DNA of 64,000 bases. Source: Lophium mytilinum (Eukaryota). Of the stretch, positions 11,932-24,501 are shown one piece after another; the first letter of the stretch is position 1; the number at the start of each line of letters is the position of its first letter. Below the pieces are notes generated by a model. It was not told where the DNA came from. It did no database searches and saw only the letters and a program-made list of their open reading frames with translations. The translations under genes were made by a program, and so were the position numbers. The stretch is taken from the NCBI GenBank assembly GCA_010093605.1, contig MU004199.1, positions 496,001 to 560,000 on the forward strand. Reading direction: 5' to 3'.

Positions 11932-13605
11932 TTACGACCCCGTTCCAGACGCCTTCTTCGGCCCTTCTTCGTCGTCTTTTGCTTTTTGCTCTTTCTTCCC
12001 GTCTGTGGCTGCTTTCGCGTCGTCCTCCGGGTCGAGGCTCTTGTGTTGGCCTGTCAAGCCATGCCATACGGATTTTAGGATGCCTTCATTCTTATGCGCC
12101 TCGTTCATTGCGGATTTGACGTCTTTCTTCACATTGTCCGATGACTGGGAGAAGCTTCCCAGGTTCATGATGCGGTGAGCGTTCTTGTCACCCATCTCGT
12201 CCGCGAGCATCTCTAGAATCGTCCGTTGGTTAGCGCTCAGATATTTCGGCATCTGGACCTTGAACTCGACGCGAAGGTCTCCTTTCTGGTTTCTTCGCCC
12301 GCCCAGCTGCTTCATACCCATCCCCGCGAGGGTGATCTTGTCTCCAGTGCCCGCGCCGGTTGGCACTTTGATCTTGACTTCGCCGTCCAGGGTAGGAACG
12401 GGGATTTCTCCTCCCAGAATAGCGGTCGTGAGCGGTACTGCGGCCGTGTAGAGGATATCCGACCCGTTTCGTTTGAACTTGGGATCCGTCGCGACCCGAA
12501 TGAAGACGTATAGATCTCCATTCGCAGCATGCGGATTCGAACTCGGCGATTGTCCTGTCAGCGGAGCATCTCCCTCGCCATTGACCCTCAATCGCATGCC
12601 GTCCTCCACTCCTCCAGGTATCTCAACCGTGACTGTCTTCCGCTCCCTCACAGCCCCATCTCCATGACACGTCTTGCACTCTCCGCCTCTTGGAACCGTC
12701 ACTCCCGCTCCTCCACACGACGTACATGTGCTCGCCATCTGGAAGCCCCCCATAACATGCACCCGTGTCCCCGTACCCCCACAACTCTTACACTCCGACC
12801 TCTTTGCCCCCTGCTTCAATCCACTCCCCGTGCAAGTCCCACACTTCACTAAAGGCGTAATCGTAATCGTCTTATTCGTCCCATTCGCCGCATCCATAAA
12901 CGAGATATTCGTCTGCACCTCAACATTATCGCCCACCAGTACCTCTTCCTGAAACGGGCTCCCCCTCGACTTCTTCCCGGCTCTTCTCCCGCCCTGTGCA
13001 CCTCCAAACGCACTAAACAGGTCCTCGAAGTTGATATCGCCGAACCCCTGCGCACCCCCGAATCCGCCCTGCTGACCTCCGCCGAATCCGCCGAAGCCGG
13101 AGAATGGGTTCCCAGGCCCCGGCCCGCCTTGGCCGGCATGAGGATTGAACCCGCCATTCTGGTCAAATGCCGCGGGGCCGTACGAGTCAAACGCCTCCCG
13201 CTTCTTCGGGTCAGAGAGCACCTCGTACGCCGACTGCGCTGCGGCGAACTTGTCTTTTGCCCCGGGGTCTTTGTTTGTGTCCGGGTGGTATTTCTTCGCT
13301 AGGCCGTAGTAGGCTTTCTTGATGTCGCTGGCGGATGCACTTTTATTGACGCCGAGGGTCGAGTAGGGATCTGAAGGGCTTGCGAGGCGAGGGTGGGTCG
13401 AGTGGAATGACTATTGAGGTGTTAGCATCACTCTCCCATCGAAGAAGGGATGGAGAGGGCCTACCCGTATCTGGGAACTGCGTTTTTGAGGCTGCCATGT
13501 GTGAATTGTTGCAGCGTATATCGGTCTGTGGCATGCCCGCGCCGCGCAGGCAAGACGCCCGGGCAGGGCGGCTGTGATGGACACAGCCGGAGCCGCGAAG
13601 CTCAT
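11932..13605 (-). CDS. MDJ1: Mitochondrial type I DnaJ (Hsp40) co-chaperone, 2 exons
   Basis: Arg/Ala-rich presequence; J domain with KYHPD; G/F region; four CxxCxGxG repeats; intron 13411-13464. Confidence 0.92.
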
Positions 13606-13778
13606 TGTGGGAGATGGGCCAGATTGTGAAGGGTGGTATGGGTCGAACAGAGGGCGATTGAGAGGGCGAGGGTGGGATGGTGGTTTGCAGAAGAGAATGG
13701 CATCGAAAGTCTGGAAAAAGTTCGGGAGCGGCGATGGAAGCGGTATAGCGGCCGGTGCGCGTCATTCGGCATCCCGAG

Positions 13779-14012
13779 CACGCGGGGCATTAAAAAGGTG
13801 GCACACTCAATCCGCATTCCGCCTCTTACACACTTGTCTGCCGTTGTTTGGGGTGCTCCAATATATCTCTCGAAATGTAAAAGAGGTAAAACCTCTTAGC
13901 TATGGGCTATCTGGAAACTTGTTGTAGCACTTCAAGCATTGGTAGACAAGTGTACACACGTCTGCAAAAGACGAATCTTGATGAGTGTGCCACTTTTTTC
14001 ATGCCCAGCGTG
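13779..14012. mobile_element. MITE family A copy 1 (234 bp): 31-bp TIRs with CAC...GTG ends and 5-bp TSD CCGAG; Transib-like
   Basis: Left cacgcggggcattaaaaaggtggcacactca versus right revcomp cacgctgggcatgaaaaaagtggcacactca (28/31); ccgag at 13774-13778 and 14013-14017. Confidence 0.85.
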
Positions 14013-14387
14013 CCGAGGTCACGGTAAACCCACGAATTGCCGTGTTATATAGATGTGTATTGCGGAGAAGACTTCACTATTCTGATATTCTGCGATTCTA
14101 CCTGAAGCACTTCAAATACCGTCTAGCAAGCCATGGGAATATGAACATCATGATTGGAACTACGGTATTTGCATACGCCCTCGAACCTGTGCCAATGCAG
14201 CCCCTAATGAAAAAGAGAGGATATCCCGCAATATCATGCCAAACTCCTATGTCCAGCCCAGAACGCCGTTGAATGCAGATGCCATGCTGTATACACGTCC
14301 TTCACCAAAATTATGTCCGGGTATTTATGTAATTACTCCTTGCCCACGCCGTTGTGCCCCATAGAATCCAGAAATGCGTCGACCGAA

Positions 14388-15042
14388 CTATTTCTTCGCA
14401 GGAGGTGGAGCGAAGCGTGCCCGGAATGCCTTGTCTGCCATACCGTTAGCTTTGATGTTTCATCTGTCCAGTATTCTCCCATACCTTGTGTTTTCGCCTT
14501 GTAAAGCAGATCCACGATGACCTCAGTCTCATTCACGGCCAGCGCATTGAAATTCTTCCGCACTGACATGGCTAGCTGCTCCTTTGGCACCCTCCTCTTC
14601 GCCTTGTGCCTTGCCATTGTGGGAGAGTATTTGCCGATTCCATGCGAGAGGACGACGTGACTGAGGGGGTTCTTGAAGGAGGATGGCGCGTCGAGACGGT
14701 ATGTGCGGCGGTAGCCTTGGAGGAGTGCTGGATCTTCGGACGCCCATGACATCTGCAATGACGGGCGCATGTCAGTAATGTGCCCTTGAGATCAACAGCA
14801 GTCGCTGAAGTGGCCTGGGACTGCTCTGAACGCACCATGGACTGTCCATTCTGCCCCCCATGCGTTGACGCGGAATCTGCTTGGGAGACCACCTCCTTCA
14901 ACGAGCTCCCGTTTCCAAGCGCAGATGCACCATTGCGACGACCCCGCATCCCATTCCCGGGGTTTTGAAGAGCATTGAGCTTGTCCTTAAGGATTGAGGT
15001 CGAGGTCGAGTCCTCCTGGAGCACGCGTTTCGTAGGCGGCAT
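14388..15042 (-). CDS. SAP30: Histone deacetylase complex subunit SAP30 (Sin3-binding domain), 3 exons
   Basis: LLQGYRRTYRL...KEQLAMSVRKNFNALAVNETEVIVDLLYK|DKAFRARFAP, typical of the fungal SAP30 C-terminal domain. Confidence 0.82.
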
Positions 15043-15804
15043 AGCTAAAAGCGGAGAAGCGAGCAAATGCGATGCAGATTGAAGAAACGCAGAAAAAGGC
15101 AGAAGACGAAACGTCAAGGCTGAACAGATCGCTCTTCGTGGTTACATTAGAAAGGTGCAGTAGCGTGTTGGTGGTGAGATTCTCGACCTGGAGAAAATGG
15201 CCGAGCTAGATTCACGTCATAATTTAGGGGTCCATGACACTTGTCTGTTTTGGGCCTAGCCAGGACTGAAAATGGCACTCTATCCTGACGCCGTATGAGG
15301 GGCCCGAAGACCTATCCCATGCCAATCTTTAGTAATGTAAACTACCAGGGCAAATTAGGTGCTGCGAGGACGTGTACATAATTACAGAGTAGTTATGTAG
15401 TCGAAGTAGCGAAAGTTGTAGTTCTAGAGCAAGGTCACAGATGCAAAGACTACCACTTTTTGCTTCAGAACCGACATCAAAATCGACTTTTACTGTCCAG
15501 ATTCACAAACATGCTGCCCAGGCAATTAACTTGCAGCTCCTGGTCTAGCTTGAGAACTAAAAGTCGTCCATGTTCCTGAGCTAGCAATATACTGCGCAGC
15601 TACCAGCGTGTGTCATCCCCACCTTGCGGATGTGGATTCCGGATACGATATGCTCGTTGCGGGAACTAAGGTGCCTACCCAGTAGCTGCAGATATACTCG
15701 AGACACGCAAGTTGCCGTGGATCTCAGCCGGTAGTCAGATCTGCTACTTGCTATACTTCAGTGCTTTCAATATTTCCTTGAGTTCTCTATCCCATCTGCC
15801 CAAG

Positions 15805-16203
15805 CACGCGGGGCATAAAAAAGGTGGCACTCTATTCTACATGGGTGTCAGGGTGTGTATGCCACCACTTGGAGTGCTTCAATATATTTTTTGGAAATTC
15901 AAACAGGATGAAGATCTTCCTTCTAGAATCTGTGGAAACTCGTTGGGGTACCTCAAGCAGTGGTAAACAGATGCCTCTAAAAGGCAACGTGGTACTTAAG
16001 GGTAATAGAGAGTAGCAGTAACAAATCCGTAAGGTATATACACCTATTCATGTGCTATATACGCTTGTTTAGCACCGCTTGAGGTCCGCTAGTATGCTAT
16101 TACTATTCATGAAATGTCTGCTTTGGCAAGCCTGATAGCTCTTTGGGCCACCTCATACAGTGTTGAACTGCTGTTGTGTGCCACTTATTTCCTGCCTAGC
16201 GTG
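15805..16203. mobile_element. MITE family A copy 2 (399 bp), more diverged, imperfect 5-bp TSD CCAAG/CCATG
   Basis: Left cacgcggggcataaaaaaggtggcac; right revcomp cacgctaggcaggaaataagtggcac; first ~165 bp align with copy 1. Confidence 0.8.
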
Positions 16204-16948
16204 CCATGTACCCCTCTGTACGATATTCAAGATCGCTGGTGTGTACTTCGAGGTATCATACAAACTACTGCAGTCTGTTTTCTTCGTAACTTGCGGTAAT
16301 CTTGCAGTGGTATGGTAATCGTGCAAGCAAATTTGATCGGCAATACAACGGGCATTCACTGCTCCTGATCCGTAATTAGACATCTAAGTTCAAGCATGAA
16401 CAGGACGAGTAAGTGGACCTAAGGTGGCCTAGTTCTTTTCTGTACATATCACATGCTCTGATCTGGCGAGAACCTTTTGCAGCAAGGAAGCAGGCATGTT
16501 CCTTCGTCTAAGATTCATAGTCAGTGTCCGACCGATAGGCGCTTCCTATTCTCCTCATATTGAACACTATTCAAGCTCTTGTTCCAAGTGAAGTCCAAGT
16601 AAACAGTGGCCCCGTATCATCTCGTCTTTCCTGGTATATAATCCTCACTCACTACTACTCCAAACCCTTCCTCCTCCACTACACAAACACTTTCAGCAAG
16701 ACCTTCAACAACAACACTGGTAAGCAACTATTGCCCACCTTCATCGTGCATAGTAGCCTCATCACTCACTGTTGAAACCCGTTTCTTCGTTGCCTTGCAC
16801 GTCCCTCTTCTTTATCACCTCCATTCGTCTCTGATTCTACACCAGTCCCTCCTCATTGCTGTGCATAAGCCGTCACTGACTTCTTCTTCAGAGCTTCCAA
16901 GTGTCCTCAAATCACACTATCCGGCTCCAAACCTACAGTCAAGTCGAT

Positions 16949-18486
16949 ATGCAGAACGCCCATCGTGATCGTGCGATGCCCTCCAAACCGCACGGCAGCC
17001 TTTGGAACGCTGGTCCGACTACTGCCCATGCATCTCAAAATGGCGAAAGCGACTATGTCTCCAAAGCCGACTTCCGTGCCTTGCAGATGAGAGTCCAGGC
17101 GCTCGAAGCCAGAATGGGCGCCGGTACGTTGATCTGATCTCTGTTACCTGGATATCACTAACAGCCTCTTAGTGGTCGATTCACCCGCCAGCTCTGCCAC
17201 CATAGATGGTGTCGACGTCGCCGACGCCATCGAATCTCTCACAATCAACGGCCAGCCCAAGCCAGCCTCAGTCAGCCTTCCGCCGCATCTACGAGGCAAG
17301 CCCGTCGCCCAAGAGACCTCCAAGAAGGCAGCGCCTTTGGAGGAGAAAGAAACCGTTATGCCTTCTCAGGAAGACGCCTACACCCAATTCTCCCACAAGC
17401 TGCCGATGTTCGTCCGCAACTTAGCTCCCCTGCCGGAATCCAAGATTAGTATCATTCCGCCCACCACGAAGACCATGACCTTCACCCTCGACTTCATCCG
17501 CGGCTTCCTGGGCGGCATCGAATGGTCCCCCGGCCTCTTCTACGTTCCTCCGAGCCACGGCCGTAGCGTGCTGCCAACCCGCACCTTCTACCTGCTTGAT
17601 GGGACTCACCAGCCATACCTCCCTGTCGGCCCAGGAGCTCACGGCGCGCTGTTGACGGCCTTCTTCAACGAGAACCCAGAGGAGTACGATGGCGATGAGG
17701 CCGGCGCTGCCTATAATGACGTCCCCGTGTTTATCTGCAACTCGCAGTATACCAGGCAGATCGGGTACCCGTTCCAGCAAGAGCTGAATGGCGCCACTCC
17801 TCCTGGTCGTGAGGGGAAGCATCTGCAGACACGCTACACGTACTACGGCACCTACTCCCAGACGCGCTGGTCCGACAAGCTCGACTACGACCGCCTGCAA
17901 GAGGACGTGCCGCAGAGCACGAAGATGCACATCGCGGAGACACTCGCTGAGGTTGGGCGCCCGGAGTGGGTCACCGAGGCGCTCATGAAGCACCTCTTCC
18001 CGAAGCCGGAGTACGAGGTAAGTCCCTCCCTCCCATGCCTCCCATCCCTTGCACACTCCTCCACACCCCACTAACCCCCCCACCAGGGCCGCCTCCCCAA
18101 AGGCGGCAAAATCGGCGCCGCAGCCGCCAACCTCGGCACCCGCACCAACATCACCGAAGACAGCGAGGACGAAGACGCCGTCGCGGGCCAGATCCAGCAC
18201 GACGTCGCCTCCTACCTGCGCAAGCTGGAGAGCTGGGAGAAGGACTCGCGGATGAAGATCAAGCTTTTAAAGAAAGAGAATATCCTCGAGGCGTTTGAGA
18301 AGGTATGTTGTCTTTTTCTGACAGCCCGCCCACTCACCCTAAGCGGGTTTGCTGACAACGGGATAGCCGGATGTCGATGACCCCCCTGGCTTGAGGCTGT
18401 TCTGGGAGTACCTCGAGTGTGTGGGGTGGGATAGGGGGTTCTATAATACGTTGGTGGAGCAGATGCTTAAGAGTGCTTCGCGCTGA
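16949..18486 (+). CDS. Fungal DUF6697-like protein, 4 coding exons
   Basis: PYLPVGPGAHGALL, YTYYGTYSQTRWSDKLD and LRLFWEYLECVGWDRGFY motifs; introns ~17124-17172, 18018-18087, 18303-18366; probable 5'UTR intron ~16720-16891. Confidence 0.75.
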
Positions 18487-19158
18487 GTGGGGGGGGATTG
18501 GGGAGAGGGTAGGTGGCGGAGTGGCGGAAGGGTGGAGTCTTGAATTTGGGGATGATCTTGATTTTTCTTTGATATTTACCTGATTGGTCTTTGGCGTTGG
18601 TGGTATTGACGGGCCATCAGGGACTGGCTCCTGATTCTGGTACTGCGGCTCCACAGTGGGATTTTGCTTTTGGATTTTGATGCTAGGACAACTTGGACAT
18701 GACGAGGGTAGGGCGAGCAGATATTCTTATGGTAGCGGAATCGAAAAGCGAGTTTGCGAGATGTCGTTGTGGATTGCTTGGATGAGTGATGAGTGTTTTT
18801 GCCGTCTGTAGGATGCAGCGTTTTCGGCGCCCTAATTCTAACATATATGTGGTTGCTTTTTCTTCGTGTCCCTGTTGTTCGAGGTGCTCCGACTTGTTAT
18901 CAAGACCCGCCCTCGAACGCTGATTCTGCGCCCTCCAATCCAGCCCTTGGTCTGCTTCACAACACTCTCAGCGAAGCCACTGTCAAGGGTCCCTCGACTA
19001 ATCATAGAAGCACTCACCGCAATGCCATATCTCTTAGCTCATAAATCGGGTCTCATTACTTCTTTTATTTCCCTCCAGCCGCCGCCGCCAAACCTCCCCA
19101 ACGCCCTTCGCTCACTTCCGCATGAACGTCACAACAACCCCACCATCCCTCCCCCCTT

Positions 19159-21408
19159 CTACCCAACCAATCCCACCGCCCTCCCTACCGCCTCCTCCAC
19201 CCCTCCCGCTTTTACCCCTTCCACCCTCTCCCCTCCACCCCGCGTCTGCCACGCATTCTCAACCACCTCAAGCGCCGCCTTAACAGCCCCATCCTCCCAC
19301 TTCCCCACCACAGTTACGTACTCGAAAAACACCTCCCACCGCGGCACATAATACCCCCCCACCAACCCACCCCAGCTCTTACTCGCATAATCCGCAATCT
19401 CCCCACCCGGCCCCCACCACGTGATCTGATTCCTCGCGTTATACTCAAAGAACGCCACCTCCGCGCTGTCATTACCCGCCGAGGCCTGCGCGGCCGCGAG
19501 CCAGGAGCTGAGCGAGAACTGGGGCAGGGTGGACAGGAGCGCGTCGAGGGTGTGCAGGACCGTCAGCATGTCGGCTTTTTTCTCGACGAGGGTGGCGTAG
19601 GCGGTGGAGCTGTTGGAGGCGTTGAAGGTGTGGTACGCGGTTATAGCGTCCGTATAGAGCGCGAGGAAGTGGTTCGCGAGGACTTGCCGGGTGATGTCGA
19701 CCGCGTCGTGTTGGTAGGCTGGGTTTTCCCAGAGCGCGGGGAAGGCGTGGGAGGCGGCGAGGTAGTGTTTCCATGCGGCGACAAGCGTATCGGGAGCGTA
19801 GTTCAGCGTCGTGGGATGGTGGCCTACGCGGTTCGCGAGCCCGGTGATGTTGGGGGAGAGCTCGAGGATGGACTTGGGCACGGCGTTGGAGGTGAGGTTT
19901 GTGTTGTTGTATACGGTGGTGCGCAGGATGTCCCACGCGGTGTGAAGGTCCTGCGGGACGGCTTTCGGGCCGTAGCGAACCTGCGTCCAGGTCTTGAAGT
20001 AGGATGCTGTGGAGATGGGGGTGGAGTCCCAGGCTTGGGCGAGCAGGAGGTCGTACACGATTTCGTTGCCCTCCTGTCCCTCGGGCGTGAGGCCGAAGCC
20101 GATTGGGGGCGTTTCTGAGTGTAAAGAGGCGATGGCGTCGACGGTGATGTTCTCGACTTGGCCGTATAGCCCCATGTTGCCGCCGTAGTTGTGCAGCTGG
20201 CACCAGATCCAGGGCTTACCGTAATAACCTTTTGTGCGCTGCCACTGCGGCTGGCTCTCGGAGAAGAGGTCGAGGACGAGCATGTCTTCGTCTTTTTCGA
20301 CGCCGGAAAGGTAGGCTTCGATGCGTTCCTCGGTCCAGAAGTCTTTGTTACTGAAGAAGAGCCAGCCTTGCATGACCCAGACCGCACTGGGATCCGCGGC
20401 TTTGAGGGCTTTCCAGGTATTCAGCGTCGTGCTGTTGAGGTAGGCAAGGTCGCCGGATTGAGGATCATTCTCGTCGTACTGGTCTAGCGTCCAGAAACGA
20501 GTGATATTGCCGTAAGCCTCGACTTGCTTGTGGATGTAAAGCTCTTGCATTTTAGCGAAGAGAGGGTCAAAAGGCTCGAGGAACGTCACGTTGGTGTAGT
20601 CTGCGTCGAACCCTTCCCACGCGGAGCCGTTGATGACGGAAGCGTTGGGGTAGATTGCAGGGAAAGCCCGTGGTACGAAGCCAGTGAAGGCGGGGAGAAT
20701 GGGGACCATTCCTAGATCCGTCATGCGGACAAGGATCTTCTTCTGGAGCTCGAATTGGCTGGAGATCCAGGATGATGGCAGCTCACCGCCCCAGGAACCT
20801 TGGATGTTGCCGAAGCGGTTCCAGGCCTGGAATGCAGGACCGCTAAGGAACGACGTTATTTCAGTGTCGGAGAGGCCCATTTCTTGGAAAACTTCAACGA
20901 GGAGCTTCTCAGCGCCCACCCAAGCTAAGGGAAGGTTTATACCGCGCAAAGCCATCCAGTCGAGTTCAAGCTCCCAGTCTTCCCAGGTCCAGAAGGCGGA
21001 GGTGTACGAGAAAGTGACGGTGTTGAAGTGATACCGCCATGGAACGACGCTTGAGCCATGGATGGTGGTCTTAGGATGGGGGAGGTTTCTGGCAGCTTGT
21101 TCCAGACGACTGCCAATGAACCAATGGATGTCGACGTAAGCGAAATCGGTAAGATATCGATGCAGGCCTGTAGCAAGTCCACTCAAAGAATTACCGGTGA
21201 TTGCAATTGTGCCGTTTTGAGCAGTAGATATACTGTAAGTGTCATTGAGAAGGCGGGTATCATGTCCTCCAAACCGATAGCCATCATCTAGAGCGAAAGA
21301 AAAGTCATTTTCATGGCCTGGTAGTCGCCGCTCGACTAAATCGTAAAGTCCTTTGGTAGAAAGCGCGGCTACGGTCCCGACCCATAGAAGAAGTGCGCGG
21401 AAAATCAT
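19159..21408 (-). CDS. Secreted alpha-N-acetylglucosaminidase (GH89), intronless
   Basis: Signal peptide; RYHFNTVTFSYTSAFW, ELDWMALRGINLPLA, LHNYGGN, GLTPEGQEGN and EYNARNQITWWGP motifs. Confidence 0.95.
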   Translation of the reverse strand: MIFRALLLWVGTVAALSTKGLYDLVERRLPGHENDFSFALDDGYRFGGHDTRLLNDTYSISTAQNGTIAITGNSLSGLATGLHRYLTDFAYVDIHWFIGSRLEQAARNLPHPKTTIHGSSVVPWRYHFNTVTFSYTSAFWTWEDWELELDWMALRGINLPLAWVGAEKLLVEVFQEMGLSDTEITSFLSGPAFQAWNRFGNIQGSWGGELPSSWISSQFELQKKILVRMTDLGMVPILPAFTGFVPRAFPAIYPNASVINGSAWEGFDADYTNVTFLEPFDPLFAKMQELYIHKQVEAYGNITRFWTLDQYDENDPQSGDLAYLNSTTLNTWKALKAADPSAVWVMQGWLFFSNKDFWTEERIEAYLSGVEKDEDMLVLDLFSESQPQWQRTKGYYGKPWIWCQLHNYGGNMGLYGQVENITVDAIASLHSETPPIGFGLTPEGQEGNEIVYDLLLAQAWDSTPISTASYFKTWTQVRYGPKAVPQDLHTAWDILRTTVYNNTNLTSNAVPKSILELSPNITGLANRVGHHPTTLNYAPDTLVAAWKHYLAASHAFPALWENPAYQHDAVDITRQVLANHFLALYTDAITAYHTFNASNSSTAYATLVEKKADMLTVLHTLDALLSTLPQFSLSSWLAAAQASAGNDSAEVAFFEYNARNQITWWGPGGEIADYASKSWGGLVGGYYVPRWEVFFEYVTVVGKWEDGAVKAALEVVENAWQTRGGGERVEGVKAGGVEEAVGRAVGLVG

Positions 21409-23547
21409 TTTGACCCTTGAATGCTCGAAATCAAATCAACAAGACGAGAAAGAGAAAATAACTGGTATATTAGTCTTAGAGAGGTTGTAAGCTGGTGTTG
21501 CAGTGTTCCTGTAGATAGGCGGGTTGCAGGGCCAAGGACTGTACCTTGTTTAGCAGCGTAACGGTACCAATCAGTTGCGGGGTTGGGTGCAGATCCTGGA
21601 TCCTACAAGCTTGGAAACGTGATGAGGTCATTGGCTCTCGGTGTATCATTTTGAAGATAACTGTCTTTGCGACTCAAAAGTGCATAGATGCCCAAATCTG
21701 CTTATTAGTATAACGAAAATATGCGTAATGGCTCGCTAGGAGTATGTCGCGGGTAGTTGTCAGGTCGTGCTACCTTTTTACGTCTGTACCGTATTCCTAG
21801 GGAATCCTTTGACCCAATGACTGACGCTCGATGTTATCGATAAGGATGCAACTAATAGAGACATTGAGTGAAGAGAAACGCTGCATTTTTCGTTCACGTT
21901 TTCTCCTGTGTACAGCTCAGTACGGGCTCTAAAACCCTGGCCCGAGCGTTGTTCACCCACGGACTGAGGGATCCCCACAATTCGATTTAGTTGCTTAATC
22001 TTTGGCAATCATTATTTTGACCCAGTATCAGAACCCGAAAGCGTGTTCGCCGTCGTGAGGGGGTCACCTATGACTTGTCATACTTTTCAACTTTCGATTT
22101 TGGAACCTGGCAAAGTCCACCCAGCACTTCAAGACGGGTCTACTCGGGGTAAACTCCGAGGTTTGTTGATCTGACCCTTTAACGAACCTATCGCGGTGCA
22201 GAATATCAAAGCGAGATTGATGCCTGGCCAGGTACCAGGGGAGTGTCAAGAAACCGCATCTTGGGATGAGGCAAGGCACATGGGTTTCTGAAAACCCATG
22301 GAGCTTCGAAAGTGGTGGAGCAGTGACACATGAAAGTAAGAGAAAGGTCTGAAAGACAAGATGGAGCCCAACTGGCCGATGCTAGACGGTTATAGGAGCA
22401 AGCCGAGATCGAGATGGTGACAGGAGACAGTGGCCTCATGAATGCATAAAGTGATGAATACTGTACCGGATAGAATGATAGGCGCAGACTAGGAAGCCAT
22501 ATTGAGCAATCCTCACACTCCAGGCTTCCGGTGGTCCCATACCGGCAGATCTATTGATTGACTTGACTGTACTTTCACCTTGATACTCTGTCAAGTCAAG
22601 GCGGCGGCAGCTTCTTAACCCGCAGGTCGGATCGGCTCTGATGGGGTTCGCAAAGGTGATAACACAAGCTTTATCGCTGCAGCTCGACCGGGTGCCGCTA
22701 TTGTAGGCCCGCAGCTGTCCTTTGTCGTCGCCTCGGTCCGCCGGCGGGCGGTGGTGGTCCGGTGGCTGAAGCTGCCCAACACCTCCTCCGTCGCGGCCGT
22801 CCTGATCCGGCGTCGAGTGCATTAGGCCCAATGCTGGAGAGAGAGATGGAGCAGCAACTGGCGGAGGCCGTCCGATCCCATCGGCGTATGGCTCTCAGAT
22901 CGGGAGCGGCGTCTGTTGTCAGTAACCCGCGAGTAGCCCGCGTCGCTGTCCCGTGGTGTTGAGCTGTGCTGGTCTGGGAATTGGCGCCTCTTTATGACAA
23001 TTGAAGGATTCATACCCCTCGGCAAGCTCCACGAGCCCCTCGAATTCACCCGCCTGGCCGTGCTGGGCGATCCCGACTCCCTGTCCTCGTCAACTCTAGC
23101 ATCGTAGCTTTCGCAGCCATCGCAGCCATCACGGTCCAGACCTTTGCACCTCAATATCGCTGCATCCGCTGCTGCCTCGACGCGGGCACAAGTCCCATTT
23201 ATCTCCCTCCCGCCAGCCCGCCTTGTCTCACTGCCGAGTGGCCCTTCTGCGCTGGCTGCGGGCCGGCTAAAGTCGCCCTCCAGCCCGCATCCACTCCCGG
23301 AAATTTGGGAAGAGACACGCTCTTCCAGTCACGAGTCGCCGGCGCGCTGCCGACAAGAATGTGGATGCGCGTGCGGACCGACGACACACGCCCAACTCAC
23401 CCTCCTAAACAGACAACACGCCCGCCTTTCACCGCTGCGGATGGCCCTTCACCGCAGTCTTCTCCGCCCTCCTCAACGTCCTATCCTAGAGCCCATGCTT
23501 TGTGACCGCCCTCAACGACCCCCAAGCTAGGTCACTACCATATCCCA

Positions 23548-24501
23548 ATGGCTTCCTCAGATTCGACCACCTCCGCTGGCTCCCCGCCGACCGATGCCAG
23601 CTACAACCCTCCCTCCCCGCCAAACCCCTCCGCGGACCAAGGCGTCATACCTCACATTCACTCCCCCAACAAAGATGCTCCCTCGCCGCCCGCCGACGGT
23701 GCCTGGAGTGTCTCGGACATTTCTCCGGAGACGGCCATGAAGATGCTGTGGCGGTCTGTCAATGCCTTGGCGAATGCAACTGGCGATGTCCCTCCAACTC
23801 CCCCCATCAGTCGTCCGGGGACGCCTGGTGGATTCCACCGAGGCAGCCTGAAAGAGAACTTCCGCCATCACCACAGACGCACCTCCTCCCGCCCCGCTAC
23901 CCCAGTGCCGTCGGACGATCTCAAAGGGCCCAGGTTCAAGAATGTCGAGCTTGGAAGCCCAGAGGCCTCGATGGCTGAGCCCTCGGCCGCAGACGTTGGA
24001 GCGAATGCGGAGCCCTACCATGTGCAGCAAGAGGCCATTGCCCGCAAGTTCTTCTCGAGACGAGCTCCTGGAGTCACCCTCGAAGAGTACCTCAATCGCC
24101 TCCAGCGGTACTGTCCAATGTCGGCCGCTGTCTACCTCGCTGCCGGTACCTACATTCACAAGCTCGCAGTGGAGGACAGGCTAGTCATTATAACGGGCAG
24201 GACAGTGCATCGGCTCGTGCTTGGGAGTCTGCGTGTTGCTATGAAGGCCCTCGAGGACTTGAGATACCCTCAGAAACGGTTTGCGGGGGTGGGCGGGGTC
24301 AGCGAGAACGAGCTCAAGGCCCTCGAGATCAGCATTTGCTACTTGATCGACTTCGACCTCCAGGTCACGGAGAAGTCGCTTTACGAGAGGACAATGCTGT
24401 TCCAGCGGGCTGCGGCAGCTGCCAGCGTATGCTCAAAGCTCCCGGACTCATTCCAACTCCAGCCACGCATCCCTCTGCGGGCGAGAAACAGCAATGGGTA
24501 G
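23548..24501 (+). CDS. PHO80/PCL6-7-like cyclin
   Basis: RKFFSRRAPGVTLEEYLNRLQRYCPMS...HRLVLGSLRVAMKALED...FAGVGGVSENEL. Confidence 0.9.
   Translation: MASSDSTTSAGSPPTDASYNPPSPPNPSADQGVIPHIHSPNKDAPSPPADGAWSVSDISPETAMKMLWRSVNALANATGDVPPTPPISRPGTPGGFHRGSLKENFRHHHRRTSSRPATPVPSDDLKGPRFKNVELGSPEASMAEPSAADVGANAEPYHVQQEAIARKFFSRRAPGVTLEEYLNRLQRYCPMSAAVYLAAGTYIHKLAVEDRLVIITGRTVHRLVLGSLRVAMKALEDLRYPQKRFAGVGGVSENELKALEISICYLIDFDLQVTEKSLYERTMLFQRAAAAASVCSKLPDSFQLQPRIPLRARNSNG

Noticed and set aside
19472..20487. Long overlapping and antisense ORFs within GH89 (likewise within BRO1, the transporter and GH47)
   Set aside because: Explained by GC-rich codon bias of the real genes; the translations are not protein-like.
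21409..23547. Long intergenic regions (also 37900-39500 and 52000-53280) scanned for tRNA, snoRNA or small genes
   Set aside because: No convincing cloverleaf, box C/D pair or spliced ORF could be supported by eye.
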